A stretch of DNA of 64,000 nucleotides from IMG/VR virus record IMGVR_UViG_3300023175_000005, positions 124,001 through 188,000 of that record; one strand, 5' to 3'. Shown here piece after piece: positions 30,197 through 40,157 of this stretch. The notes beneath the pieces were generated by a model. The model worked only from the letters and a program-made list of their open reading frames with translations. It did not search any database and had not been told where the DNA came from. Position 1 is the stretch's first letter; every line of letters starts with the position of its first letter. The position numbers were made by a program, and so were the translations under genes.

Positions 30197-31720
30197 ATGA
30201 GCGATTATAATCAGTCTGCAGATATTGCAGAAAAGCAGTTAAAGAATATCAGCAAGACAATGTGTTATGCAAAATGGACACAGGTTTCTATGCATCTTAC
30301 AAATGGTAAAACGCATAGTTGCTATCATCCGCCATTGCATGATATGGATGTTGATGCTGTAAAAGCAAATCCTAAAGCCTTACATAATACTGCACAAAAG
30401 AAAGAAGAACGTGCAATGATGCTCAAAGGCGAGCGTCCTGCAGGTTGTGCATATTGCTGGAAGATTGAAGACGTAGGAGGTCGCAGTGATAGAATATACC
30501 GTTCCGGAGAGTATTGGGCACAGAATAGTAGAAGTGATATTATTGATGCACTAGATACAGGTGACGTAGATCCACGTTATATGGAAGTTAATTTTAACCA
30601 AGCATGTAATTTTTCTTGTATGTATTGTTCTCCACATTTAAGCACAACATGGGAAGAAAAAATCAAAGAACATGGCGAATTTAAAATACTAGATGCAGAG
30701 GGCAAGGAAACAGGACATAACAATCTAGAGTATTTGCAAGAAAAAGGACTTATGCCTTTGAAAGTACGGCAAAGCGAAAATCCTTATCTTGAAGCTTTTT
30801 GGAAATGGTGGCCTAGTTTATATAACAAACTAGAAGTATTTCGTATTACAGGCGGCGAGCCGTTAATGGACATCAACACATTTCGTGTACTTGAATATAT
30901 CTATGAAAATCCAAACACATGGCTTGAATTAAGTATTACAACAAACATGTGTCCTCCTAAAGAAGAACTTATGGATAGATTCTTATCTAAAGTAAAAAAA
31001 CTTGAAGAGATACAAATTTGGGAAGATAAAAATCGTTGGAATCCAGGTAGCGGAAACAACTGGTATGTTAACATGGCATTGAAAAACTTTGCGTTGTTTA
31101 TTTCAGTTGACAGCGTAGGCTCACAAGCAGAATACATACGTGGCGGATTAAAGTGGGATACAATGACACGTAATACTATGCGTTTTCTAACAGAAACAAA
31201 AAATACAACTGTTACATTTATTAATACTTTTAATGCTTTGTCTGTGCCAAAAGTAAAAGACTATTTAGAATACGTGTTAAAATTAAGACAGCGTTTTAGT
31301 GCAAGTAATCAAGGTGTGCAATATATTCCTATACACGACCCTTACACTAAACACGATGATTATGAAATACATCCTCGTCAGCGTATTTGGTTTGATATAC
31401 CTCTAATTAGATATCCTGACTGGCAAACTATTCAAATTTTAACACCAGACTTTGACAAGTATCTTGAAGAAGCAATTGACTTTATGAAACAAAATAGCAA
31501 TGTAAGCGATTTTGCAGGATTCTATGATTTTGAAATTGCAAAACTAGAACGCAATCTTGCTATAATGCGTGAACGTGTTGACATTAATCAAAACAAAATA
31601 GAATTAGATAGAAAAAACTTTGCAAGGTTTTTTGATCAGTATGACGAAAGGAACTTCTTAAAATTTGTAGAAGTGTTTCCTGAAATGGAAGATTTCTACA
31701 AGTTATGTAAAACTCTATAA
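30197..31720 (+). CDS. Radical SAM protein with N-terminal twitch-like domain; close paralogue of 15973
   Basis: CNFSCMYC and TGGEPLM. Shares C.AKW, THSCYHP, ALHNT..KK.ERA.ML.GE.P.GC.YCW and NPY..A.WKWWP. Confidence 0.85.
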   Translation: MSDYNQSADIAEKQLKNISKTMCYAKWTQVSMHLTNGKTHSCYHPPLHDMDVDAVKANPKALHNTAQKKEERAMMLKGERPAGCAYCWKIEDVGGRSDRIYRSGEYWAQNSRSDIIDALDTGDVDPRYMEVNFNQACNFSCMYCSPHLSTTWEEKIKEHGEFKILDAEGKETGHNNLEYLQEKGLMPLKVRQSENPYLEAFWKWWPSLYNKLEVFRITGGEPLMDINTFRVLEYIYENPNTWLELSITTNMCPPKEELMDRFLSKVKKLEEIQIWEDKNRWNPGSGNNWYVNMALKNFALFISVDSVGSQAEYIRGGLKWDTMTRNTMRFLTETKNTTVTFINTFNALSVPKVKDYLEYVLKLRQRFSASNQGVQYIPIHDPYTKHDDYEIHPRQRIWFDIPLIRYPDWQTIQILTPDFDKYLEEAIDFMKQNSNVSDFAGFYDFEIAKLERNLAIMRERVDINQNKIELDRKNFARFFDQYDERNFLKFVEVFPEMEDFYKLCKTL

Positions 31721-34284
31721 TGTATGACATCTTTTTTATTGGTGTAAAAAATGACACTTATGAATATCTAAAAGCAAATTTTGTTACAGCAAAATATGCA
31801 CCTAATTTTTTAACTGCCCAAAGTCAATCCTTAACAGACTTTTTTTGGGTAGTTCCTGATGATGTAAGTATAGTAGAAAATTTTACATTTGACTATGAGC
31901 CTGATGATTGGAGCAAGAATTACAACCATGTGTTTCTTAATGACACCAAATATGACGGTGTGTGTTTGATTCCTAAAGATAATGAAATTACTCTAGACGA
32001 AATTGAAAAAAGATGTTATAATAAACAAAAACAAGTAGAATTACAAGTTAGCGTACCAAAACCGTATGATAAGTTTTATATTGAAACATACGATGATTAT
32101 AAAGACGCACTGGAGTCGTCAAACACTGCAATGTTTTGGGCATTGTCATACAACTTAGAATTAAAGGAAGACTTTGACTTTGATTTACATTTTGCACATG
32201 ATAACATATATGACAAAGAAACAAATCATGTGTTCGTTCACGAAGTAAATGGACAAAAGTTATACAATGGAGTAGCACTGTTGACAAAAGCAAGAATTTT
32301 AACAAAAAAAGAAATTGAACATCGTTTTATTGTAAACAGAAAAGAATGGAACATTGTAGCAAGTGGACCTGTAAAATATAATAAATTTGTAATTGATAGT
32401 TGGGAAGACTATCAATATGCACTTGAAAATTCAAATACAGAAATGTTTTGGGGAACAAGTGTTAATATCGATACAAGCGGGTTTGCATTTGATACTTATT
32501 TTACACATGACAATGAATATGATAGAAAAACAAATCATGCATTTATACATCGTGTAGATGATAATGATTTATACAATGGTGTATTTTTATTTTCAAAACA
32601 TGCACCAGTATCGCAAAGAGAAATTGAGCATAGATTTATTGTAAATCACAAACCATGGGATGTAGTGGCAAGTAAACCTATACAATATGATAAGTTTCCT
32701 ATAGACAGTTATCAAGACTATGTAACAGCATTAAATTCAAGCACAACAGAAATGTTTTGGGGTATTCCTAAAGATGTAGACGTTGCTGATGATTTTAAAT
32801 TTGATCTATACTTTGAACATTCTAATACATATGACCGCAGTGTTAATCATGCATTTTTAAATAATGATACATATGACGGCATTATGCTTTTTAGTAAGCA
32901 GTCGCCGGTATCACAACGTGAAGTTGATTATAGATTCTATGCAAACAAAAAAGAATGGGACATTGTAGCAAGTACACCTAAACCGTTTGATGTGTTTAAT
33001 ATTGATACGTATGAACAATATCTACAAGCCTTAGACAATACAACAACAGAATTATTCTGGTTTAGTACAAATAATATTGCACTTGATGAAAAGTTTGTTA
33101 ATAGTTTTTATATCAGTCATCATGAGCAAATTGATAGAAAACAAAATCATAGTTTTGTACATAAAGTAGAAGATAAAGACTTGCGTACTGGTGCATATCT
33201 ATGTAGTATCCATAAACCTGTAAGTAAAAAAGAAATAGAACACAGGCATCTAGTAGAGCGTAAAGAATGGAATAATGTTGCTAGTGGACCTGCACAATAC
33301 GATAGATTTAATGTTGAGTCTTGGGAAGATTATTTACGTGCAGTTAAGATGAGTAAAACTGAATTATTTTATGCAGATGATCCTAATATTGATACAAGCA
33401 AGTTTAGATTTAATATGTATTTTGATCATGCAAACACATATGACAGAAAACAAAACCATGCATTTGTACACAAAGATGGCTCTGAAACAGGTTACAATGG
33501 ATTGTTTTTGTTGTCTAAACAATCTCCTATTACCAAAAAAGAAATTGAACACAGATTTGTTGTTAATCACAAGCCTTGGAATATTATGGCAAGTGAATAC
33601 AAAATTTATGATGTTGTGTTTATTTCATATCAAGAACCTAATGCAGACGAAAATTATGAACTACTGCTAGAACGTGTACCAAATGCAAAACGTGTACATG
33701 GAGTAAAAGGTATTCACCAAGCACATATCGAAGCAGCAAAACTTTGCGAAACTGAAATGTTTTGGATTGTTGACGGTGACGCACAAATTGTAGATGATTT
33801 TAGTTTTGAATATCGTGTTCCACGTTGGGACAGAGACATGGTGCATGTATGGCGTACACAAAACCCAATTAATGATCTAGTATATGGTTATGGCGGACTA
33901 AAACTGTTTCCAAGAATGTTAACTATTAATATGGATACAAGTAAGCCTGACATGACAACAAGTATTACAAACAAATTCAAGGCTGTCCAACAAATATCAA
34001 ACTTAACTTGTTTTAATACAGGACCTTTTGAAACATGGAAGTCAGCATTTAGAGAATGCTGTAAACTTTCATCAGGTGTTATTGACAGACAAAAAGACTT
34101 AGAAACACAAGAGCGTTTGGATATTTGGTGTACAAAAGGTGTAGATAAACCATATGGTGAATATGCTATAGCAGGTGCAAAAGCAGGCGCAGCATATGGT
34201 AAAGAAAATGCAACTAATATTGCTGCACTAAAACTTATTAATGACTTTGATTGGCTAAAGGATAAGTTCAATGCAGACACATGA
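31720..34284 (+). CDS. Repeat-containing glycosyltransferase-like protein: degenerate GT-A repeats plus C-terminal GT-A domain
   Basis: C-terminal DVVFISYQEPNA..N...RVHGVKG...FWIVDGD...YGYGGLK...W.SAFREC.K is homologous to 15035, preceded by five ~100-104 aa repeats. Confidence 0.65.
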   Translation: MYDIFFIGVKNDTYEYLKANFVTAKYAPNFLTAQSQSLTDFFWVVPDDVSIVENFTFDYEPDDWSKNYNHVFLNDTKYDGVCLIPKDNEITLDEIEKRCYNKQKQVELQVSVPKPYDKFYIETYDDYKDALESSNTAMFWALSYNLELKEDFDFDLHFAHDNIYDKETNHVFVHEVNGQKLYNGVALLTKARILTKKEIEHRFIVNRKEWNIVASGPVKYNKFVIDSWEDYQYALENSNTEMFWGTSVNIDTSGFAFDTYFTHDNEYDRKTNHAFIHRVDDNDLYNGVFLFSKHAPVSQREIEHRFIVNHKPWDVVASKPIQYDKFPIDSYQDYVTALNSSTTEMFWGIPKDVDVADDFKFDLYFEHSNTYDRSVNHAFLNNDTYDGIMLFSKQSPVSQREVDYRFYANKKEWDIVASTPKPFDVFNIDTYEQYLQALDNTTTELFWFSTNNIALDEKFVNSFYISHHEQIDRKQNHSFVHKVEDKDLRTGAYLCSIHKPVSKKEIEHRHLVERKEWNNVASGPAQYDRFNVESWEDYLRAVKMSKTELFYADDPNIDTSKFRFNMYFDHANTYDRKQNHAFVHKDGSETGYNGLFLLSKQSPITKKEIEHRFVVNHKPWNIMASEYKIYDVVFISYQEPNADENYELLLERVPNAKRVHGVKGIHQAHIEAAKLCETEMFWIVDGDAQIVDDFSFEYRVPRWDRDMVHVWRTQNPINDLVYGYGGLKLFPRMLTINMDTSKPDMTTSITNKFKAVQQISNLTCFNTGPFETWKSAFRECCKLSSGVIDRQKDLETQERLDIWCTKGVDKPYGEYAIAGAKAGAAYGKENATNIAALKLINDFDWLKDKFNADT
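32065..33606 (+). repeat. Five tandem intragenic repeats of 300-312 bp
   Basis: Units start at about 32065, 32377, 32686, 32986 and 33298. Consensus YD.F.I.(S/T)(Y/W).DY..AL..S.TEMFW......F.FD.YF.H.N.YDR..NH.F.....YNG..L.SK..P....EIEHRF..N.K.W...AS.P. Confidence 0.9.
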
Positions 34285-35179
34285 GTTACTTGATAGATTT
34301 GAATTGATGTATCCTAGAGATACTAGATTAAGTGATTTACGTAGAGCATATATTGACAAAGATATGAGTAGTATCTTTAGACTACTTCCTACTGTTATAC
34401 GTGGAAGTACAGATGATTTGCGTAAAGTAATGATGGAAAATAATTTACACAGTTTGTTTAGACTTGCAGAAGATGAAGAATTGCGTAAGTTATTATTAGA
34501 AAACAATACATATAAACTTTGGCCAGTATTGAAAAGATTTAAAGATACAAGATTTATTGATGCGTTTAAAAATCTACAAATAAACAATATTGAATACGAT
34601 ACAGATTGTTTTAGTAGAGGACAACTTGAAAGTAAACTTTGGTTAGTACAAGAATTACAAAGACAAAAAATTGATTTAGGCACAGTATTTCTTTGTGCAG
34701 GATGGTACGCTACACTTGCTACAATGTTATTTGAAAGTAACATTAAGTTGGATAAAGTTAGATCTTTTGACGTTGATCCTACTTGCGCAAACATTGCTGA
34801 AGTTTTCAATAAGCCTTGGGTAAAAGAAGAATGGCAGTTTAAAGCCTGTACACAAGATATTATGGAAATACAATGGGATGGGCATAGTTATCCTGTAAAT
34901 AGAAGTGATGGTAGTGTTTGTATGCTTTATGATACACCAGATACAATTATTAATACTAGTTGCGAACATATAGAAAACTTTGCAAAATGGTATGATTCAA
35001 TACCAGAAGGTAAATTAGTTGTACTACAAAGCAACAACTATTATGAAATTGAAGAACATGTAAATTGTGTAGGAAGTATTGAAGAGTTTGCAGTAAAGGC
35101 ATCTATGAATAATATTTTATATGCAGGTGAATTTGATTTGCCCAAGTATACGAGGTTTATGTTAATTGGATTTAAGTAA
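34271..35179 (+). CDS. Putative class I SAM-dependent methyltransferase
   Basis: GQLESKLWL, VFLCAGWY (degenerate motif I), SFDVD, DTIINTSCEH and RFMLIG. Confidence 0.5.
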   Translation: MQTHELLDRFELMYPRDTRLSDLRRAYIDKDMSSIFRLLPTVIRGSTDDLRKVMMENNLHSLFRLAEDEELRKLLLENNTYKLWPVLKRFKDTRFIDAFKNLQINNIEYDTDCFSRGQLESKLWLVQELQRQKIDLGTVFLCAGWYATLATMLFESNIKLDKVRSFDVDPTCANIAEVFNKPWVKEEWQFKACTQDIMEIQWDGHSYPVNRSDGSVCMLYDTPDTIINTSCEHIENFAKWYDSIPEGKLVVLQSNNYYEIEEHVNCVGSIEEFAVKASMNNILYAGEFDLPKYTRFMLIGFK

Positions 35180-35393
35180 GTTTACAACTAGACAGTTGCA
35201 ATTAGAATGTGCAAGAGCACTGAGCACAATGCAAGCAACTAATAACAACATATGGCAGTTTAACAAAGAAGCACACCATAACAGTTGGAATTGGTATTGT
35301 GCTGTCATACACTGGTATATTGAACAGTATGGTGATTTACCTAGTAAAGTCGGCCCTGGCAAGGATGTGGAGTTAGTTTACGATAATGTATAA
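35166..35393 (+). CDS. Small hypothetical protein (75 aa, Trp/Tyr/His-rich)
   Basis: Exactly fills the gap between two genes, overlapping both; TTG start. Confidence 0.55.
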   Translation: MDLSKFTTRQLQLECARALSTMQATNNNIWQFNKEAHHNSWNWYCAVIHWYIEQYGDLPSKVGPGKDVELVYDNV

Positions 35394-36453
35394 TTATGAA
35401 GATATTAAAACTATTCATTTAGAAGTTACACAAAACTGTCAAGCCAGTTGTCCAATGTGTGATCGAAACATGAATGGTGAAGGAATAAATCCTCATATTA
35501 ACCTTGATGAATTGTACTATGAAGATTGCGTAAAGATATTTGATGCTTCCTTTATAAAACAATTGGATACTATGTACATGTGTGGTAATTTGGGCGATCC
35601 TATTGTTGCACAAGATACACTTGAAATATTCAAATATTTTAGAAAGCATAACCCTAATATGTGGTTAAGCATGAATACAAACGGAGGAGCAAAAAATGAA
35701 GAATGGTGGAGACAACTGGCTGAAGTTTTTGGAAGGATGGGTGCCGTTATATTTAGTGTTGACGGTTTGCGTGACACTAATCATCTATATCGCCAAGGTG
35801 TTGTATGGGATAATGTAGAACGCAATATGAGAGCCTTTATAGACGCAGGTGGCAGGGCACGTTGGGACTATTTGATATTTGAACATAACCAGCATCAAGT
35901 AGAAGAAGCAGAAGCACTTGCTAATGAATGGGGTTGCGAAAAGTTTATGAAGAAAAAGACTGGACGCTTTATTACACAAGATTCAAAAAAGAAAGAATCG
36001 CATCAAGCAGTTGATCGTAAAGGTAAAGAAACTACTGAACTAAAAAAACCTGATGAAAAGTACCAAAACAAAGCTTTAACTAAACAAGATAAAATTATAG
36101 AAAAATACGGAAGTATGGATGCATATTACAATGCTGTTCCTGTAATATGTAAAGTAAAAAAAGAAAACAGTCTGTTTATAACAGCAGAAGGACTTGCGTT
36201 GCCCTGCTGCTGGACTGCTGGACGTATGTACAAATGGTGGCATAAAGATCCTAAAATAGAACAAATATGGGATTTCATTGAAGATAAAACAAAATTAGAT
36301 GCACGTAATGGATTAGAAAAAGTTTTTAAAACAGGTATTTTTGATGCTATACAAAACAGTTGGAATAAGCCGAGTTGTTTTGCAGGTAAATTAAAAGTTT
36401 GTGCTATGAAGTGCGGTGCGGAGTTTGATCCATTTGCGGAGCAATTTAAATGA
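35386..36453 (+). CDS. Radical SAM protein with C-terminal SPASM/twitch domain
   Basis: CQASCPMC, CGNLGDP, NTNG and FSVDG. C-terminal C...G..LPCCW...C...C. Confidence 0.85.
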   Translation: MYNYEDIKTIHLEVTQNCQASCPMCDRNMNGEGINPHINLDELYYEDCVKIFDASFIKQLDTMYMCGNLGDPIVAQDTLEIFKYFRKHNPNMWLSMNTNGGAKNEEWWRQLAEVFGRMGAVIFSVDGLRDTNHLYRQGVVWDNVERNMRAFIDAGGRARWDYLIFEHNQHQVEEAEALANEWGCEKFMKKKTGRFITQDSKKKESHQAVDRKGKETTELKKPDEKYQNKALTKQDKIIEKYGSMDAYYNAVPVICKVKKENSLFITAEGLALPCCWTAGRMYKWWHKDPKIEQIWDFIEDKTKLDARNGLEKVFKTGIFDAIQNSWNKPSCFAGKLKVCAMKCGAEFDPFAEQFK

Positions 36454-37175
36454 TATTATTTAATGGATGCAGTTTTACATACGGCGATGAATTAATAGAT
36501 GCTGAAAATACATGTTTTGCTGCACTTGCAGGAAAAAAATTAAATCAAGATTTTAAAAATTTAGGAACACTCGGCGGCAGTAATCATAGGATTGTTAGAA
36601 CTACATTTGCAAATTTAGATGAAAATATTAAAGCAGCAGTTATACAATGGACATCTCCTACAAGATTTGAACATTTTGTACAAGATAGTTTAGAGACAAA
36701 CGATGGATATAGAAAAGTTACTTTACAAAAATTAGGACCTATAGGTCACCATCATGATAGGACTATATGGAGAATGTTTAATGCAAACCAGTATAGTAAA
36801 ACAAATCTTGCACTTAAAAAATATGCAGTGCAAGTTAGAACTTATAGAGCAAACTGTATAGAATTTTTATATCAAGTACATCAAATTCAAACAGCCTTAA
36901 GATTAGCAGATATACCTTATTTTATGGTAAACGGAATAAAAGAAATACATCAAGATATATTTCCAGATAATTTATCTCATTTAAGAAATAGTTGTCCTGT
37001 ATATAATAAAATTGACTGGAGTGACAAAGTTTGGTTGTTAGATCCAAAAACTGATAGTATAGAAGACTGGACTAAACGTAATAACTATGCTATAGGTAGC
37101 GGCGAGCATCCACTTGAGGAAGCACATGATGCTTTTTCTGATATAATACTACATAGATTGAAAGATAAAATATGA
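36450..37175 (+). CDS. SGNH/GDSL-like protein
   Basis: NGCSFTYG, NLG..GGSN..I.RTT, IQWT...R.E and EHP.E.AH. Confidence 0.6.
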   Translation: MILFNGCSFTYGDELIDAENTCFAALAGKKLNQDFKNLGTLGGSNHRIVRTTFANLDENIKAAVIQWTSPTRFEHFVQDSLETNDGYRKVTLQKLGPIGHHHDRTIWRMFNANQYSKTNLALKKYAVQVRTYRANCIEFLYQVHQIQTALRLADIPYFMVNGIKEIHQDIFPDNLSHLRNSCPVYNKIDWSDKVWLLDPKTDSIEDWTKRNNYAIGSGEHPLEEAHDAFSDIILHRLKDKI

Positions 37176-38170
37176 TAGAGGTACATTCAGAACCGTTTAC
37201 ATACTATACTAAAGAAGAGTTTTTTAATGCTGCGGTATTTTCTTACTTAGATAAAACTTATCCCTACGATAAAATTTATCAATATGCAAAACTCGAAGGT
37301 ACCCATGAAGCAAAAGGTATTGCTGAAAATAATTATGTTTTACCATTAGAAATTGCAGATTATGAAGACGGCATTGATGAAGGAAAACAAAAACAGTTTT
37401 ATCCTGCATTTGACACTATACTTAATGAATTGCCTAAACTAAAAAAAGTAATTTTTGGTAAAGATTTTAATCATGATAGTTTTTATGTAAATTATCATCA
37501 CGACCTTGACGGTAGTTTTATAGAAACGCACAATGATTTAAAAGACTTTAGGTGGTTGGTAACTTGTCAAATTTATTTCGATTACGGTAATCAAGGTGCT
37601 TGGACAGTAGACAAACGCGGAGAAATGCACAGTCAAGTACCTCAAAAACCTAACTTCTTTTATGCTATACCTGCTACTAATTACAGTTGGCATTGTGTAG
37701 ATGACATTGTTGATACCAAAAGATCTATATTATTTAGATTTGCTAAACGCAGACACAGAAGTGTGTTACGACCAAGTAAAAGTAAATTAGCATTTGTTAT
37801 CGATAATACAATTAAACATAGTGATAAGACTTATATTAAAATGAGTATGCGAATGGGCAATCTTACAGAAGCATGGCTTGCCTCAAAAGACTGTGAAAAT
37901 ATTTTCCATACAAAATGGAAAGATGAAGATCAAAAAGAACGATTATTATACCATCTTATAGAAAAAGGTTATGATCCGATTGTTATTCCGTCAGGTTGTT
38001 TTCCTAACAATCCGTTAAGTCCTGAACACGATGAATATAGAGTAATTCAAGAATCAGATGCTCAACAATATGATGATATGGTTTTTAGAAAAGATGATTC
38101 TGATCCTCTGTTTTGTAAAGCAGAAGAAATATTAGAAAAACATAATCCTATGGAATACGAAGACGTATGA
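37172..38170 (+). CDS. Fe(II)/2OG oxygenase-like protein with extra C-terminal domain
   Basis: HND...QIYF...PN......SWH.V......R.S triad pattern. Confidence 0.55.
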   Translation: MIEVHSEPFTYYTKEEFFNAAVFSYLDKTYPYDKIYQYAKLEGTHEAKGIAENNYVLPLEIADYEDGIDEGKQKQFYPAFDTILNELPKLKKVIFGKDFNHDSFYVNYHHDLDGSFIETHNDLKDFRWLVTCQIYFDYGNQGAWTVDKRGEMHSQVPQKPNFFYAIPATNYSWHCVDDIVDTKRSILFRFAKRRHRSVLRPSKSKLAFVIDNTIKHSDKTYIKMSMRMGNLTEAWLASKDCENIFHTKWKDEDQKERLLYHLIEKGYDPIVIPSGCFPNNPLSPEHDEYRVIQESDAQQYDDMVFRKDDSDPLFCKAEEILEKHNPMEYEDV

Positions 38171-39492
38171 TTAAAACACTTGAAGATATGCGAAACGAAT
38201 TAGAAAAGTTAGGATTAAATCCCGATACATTCTGTTTTGCACCTTACATTAACGCTGACTTGGATCAATCCGGTTCTGTATATACATGCTACAGGGGTAG
38301 AGAACGTGTAGGCAATTGGAAGAAACAACCATTTACAAAACTGTTTAACAATGATTATTATAAAAATATTAGGAATGACCTGTATTGCGGACAAAGAAAT
38401 AAAAATTGCGTAAGTTGTTGGAATGCAGAAGATTCTAATAGTAAGTCGCCTAGAATGGATTTTTTTGGAGATTTTGAAAGACAAGTTGAAGATAAAGATG
38501 CACTTATAGATTTTATAAAAAATAATCCAGACGAATCTAGACTTACTGATCTTGAAAGGATAGAAATACGTCCTAGTAATTTATGTAATTTGCAATGTAT
38601 GCACTGCGGCCCAGGCAGTAGTACACTTTGGGTAACAAGTTTAACTGACAAAGAAACTTTTGAAATATATGAAGAAACATCTTACGATGTTGGTAAAGAA
38701 GTTGATGATTTAGATGAATCTGTTACACATAATAATATATCTAAATTATTCAAAGTTGCTCTCAATAGCGAAAGCAGATATAAAGAAGACATAAAAGAAT
38801 TACTCGCATCTGCTTCTATGATTCATTTTACAGGCGGTGAACCGTTACTTACTCCAGAACATATAGACTGGTTAGAATATATGACAAGTAAAAATCCGCA
38901 AGATCAAAAATTAGTCTATAATACAAATCTTAATGTCAAAGACATATCAAAGTATTTAAAGTATTGGATGAAGTTTAAACAAGTAGAAATTGTTTGTAGT
39001 ATAGATGCATCGTTTGACACATATGATTTTTTTAGAATGCGTGGAGATATTGAACTTGTTAAAAGCAATTTACGCAGAATTAAAGATTTCAATTTAAGTA
39101 ACATAATTCTAAAAGGCACTGTAACATTTAACATGTTTAGTGCTTTGCGTTGGACTGATATTTTAAACAATTGGTTAGAGTATGATTTATTATTTCATAC
39201 TAGTCTAGTACTAGATAATCCTGTATCTAGTTTAGAATTACCAGATTCTATTAGACAAAGATGTATAAACGAAATGCAAGACAGTATAGAAAAAGCAAAA
39301 CTGTCGACAAATAATAAAGATTTTATTGATAGGTGGGAATACTTTACAAATGATTGTTTGAATTATATGAAAAATAATTTTAACGGCCAAGAAAAATTAT
39401 CTGAAAGATCTACAAAATATATTAAACTGTGTGAACGTATTAACAATAAAAAAATGTTAGATTATTTTCCTGAACTAGAGGAATATGTTTAG
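38167..39492 (+). CDS. Radical SAM protein with N-terminal twitch domain
   Basis: CNLQCMHC and TGGEPLL. N-terminal CFAP...G.VYTC...C.SCW..E. Confidence 0.85.
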   Translation: MIKTLEDMRNELEKLGLNPDTFCFAPYINADLDQSGSVYTCYRGRERVGNWKKQPFTKLFNNDYYKNIRNDLYCGQRNKNCVSCWNAEDSNSKSPRMDFFGDFERQVEDKDALIDFIKNNPDESRLTDLERIEIRPSNLCNLQCMHCGPGSSTLWVTSLTDKETFEIYEETSYDVGKEVDDLDESVTHNNISKLFKVALNSESRYKEDIKELLASASMIHFTGGEPLLTPEHIDWLEYMTSKNPQDQKLVYNTNLNVKDISKYLKYWMKFKQVEIVCSIDASFDTYDFFRMRGDIELVKSNLRRIKDFNLSNIILKGTVTFNMFSALRWTDILNNWLEYDLLFHTSLVLDNPVSSLELPDSIRQRCINEMQDSIEKAKLSTNNKDFIDRWEYFTNDCLNYMKNNFNGQEKLSERSTKYIKLCERINNKKMLDYFPELEEYV

Positions 39493-40157
39493 TGGATTAC
39501 AGAAAGTTTGAAACATTAGAATTTAGTCCTACAACTTATTGCCAAGCAAAATGTCCTTTATGTCCAAGAACAGAGTTAGATGCAAAGGACAAATTAGTAT
39601 ATAGACATTTTTCCTTAGAAACTTATAAGAAGATGGTAGACACTGCTCCGAGTGCAGTCGAAGTAATTTATTTTTGCGGAGATTATGGAGATCCATTAAT
39701 GCATCCTGATATAGAAGAAATGATAGATTATGGATGTGCTTCAGGTAAAGAAGTTCAAGTAGCAACAAACGGTGGCCTAAGACAGAAAGATTGGTATGTA
39801 AGTATTGCAAAACGTTGGAAAGATCAACTACGTTTGAATTTTGGTATAGATGGTATAACAGCAGAACAGAGTAGTAAATATAGAATTGAGGTAGATTTTA
39901 ACAGAGCGTGGGAACATATGATTGCTGCAAATGAATCAGGTGCTGTAGTATGTTGGGATTTTTTAGTGTTTACATTTAATTATAGAAGTGTACCCGAAGC
40001 TATTGAATTAGCAAGGAAAAATAAATTAGAAATGGATATAAAATTAAATACTAGAGATTGGAAGTATAAAATTGTAGACAAAGAAATGAAAGAACAAGTT
40101 TTTGCTTGGGCAAATAAAGTCAGCGAATGGAAATGGTATGACAAAGATAAAGTGTAG
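39492..40157 (+). CDS. Radical SAM core domain lacking its SPASM/twitch domain
   Basis: CQAKCPLC, CGDYGDP.MHP, TNGG, GIDG and YR. Paralogue of 35386, 41793 and 62685 but ends early; GTG start. Confidence 0.8.
   Translation: MDYRKFETLEFSPTTYCQAKCPLCPRTELDAKDKLVYRHFSLETYKKMVDTAPSAVEVIYFCGDYGDPLMHPDIEEMIDYGCASGKEVQVATNGGLRQKDWYVSIAKRWKDQLRLNFGIDGITAEQSSKYRIEVDFNRAWEHMIAANESGAVVCWDFLVFTFNYRSVPEAIELARKNKLEMDIKLNTRDWKYKIVDKEMKEQVFAWANKVSEWKWYDKDKV

Noticed and set aside
32065-33606. Repeats as a CRISPR array or DGR template/variable repeats
   Set aside because: Units are ~300 bp, in frame and conserved at protein level with synonymous divergence. There is no spacer structure, and no reverse transcriptase or cas gene was seen.
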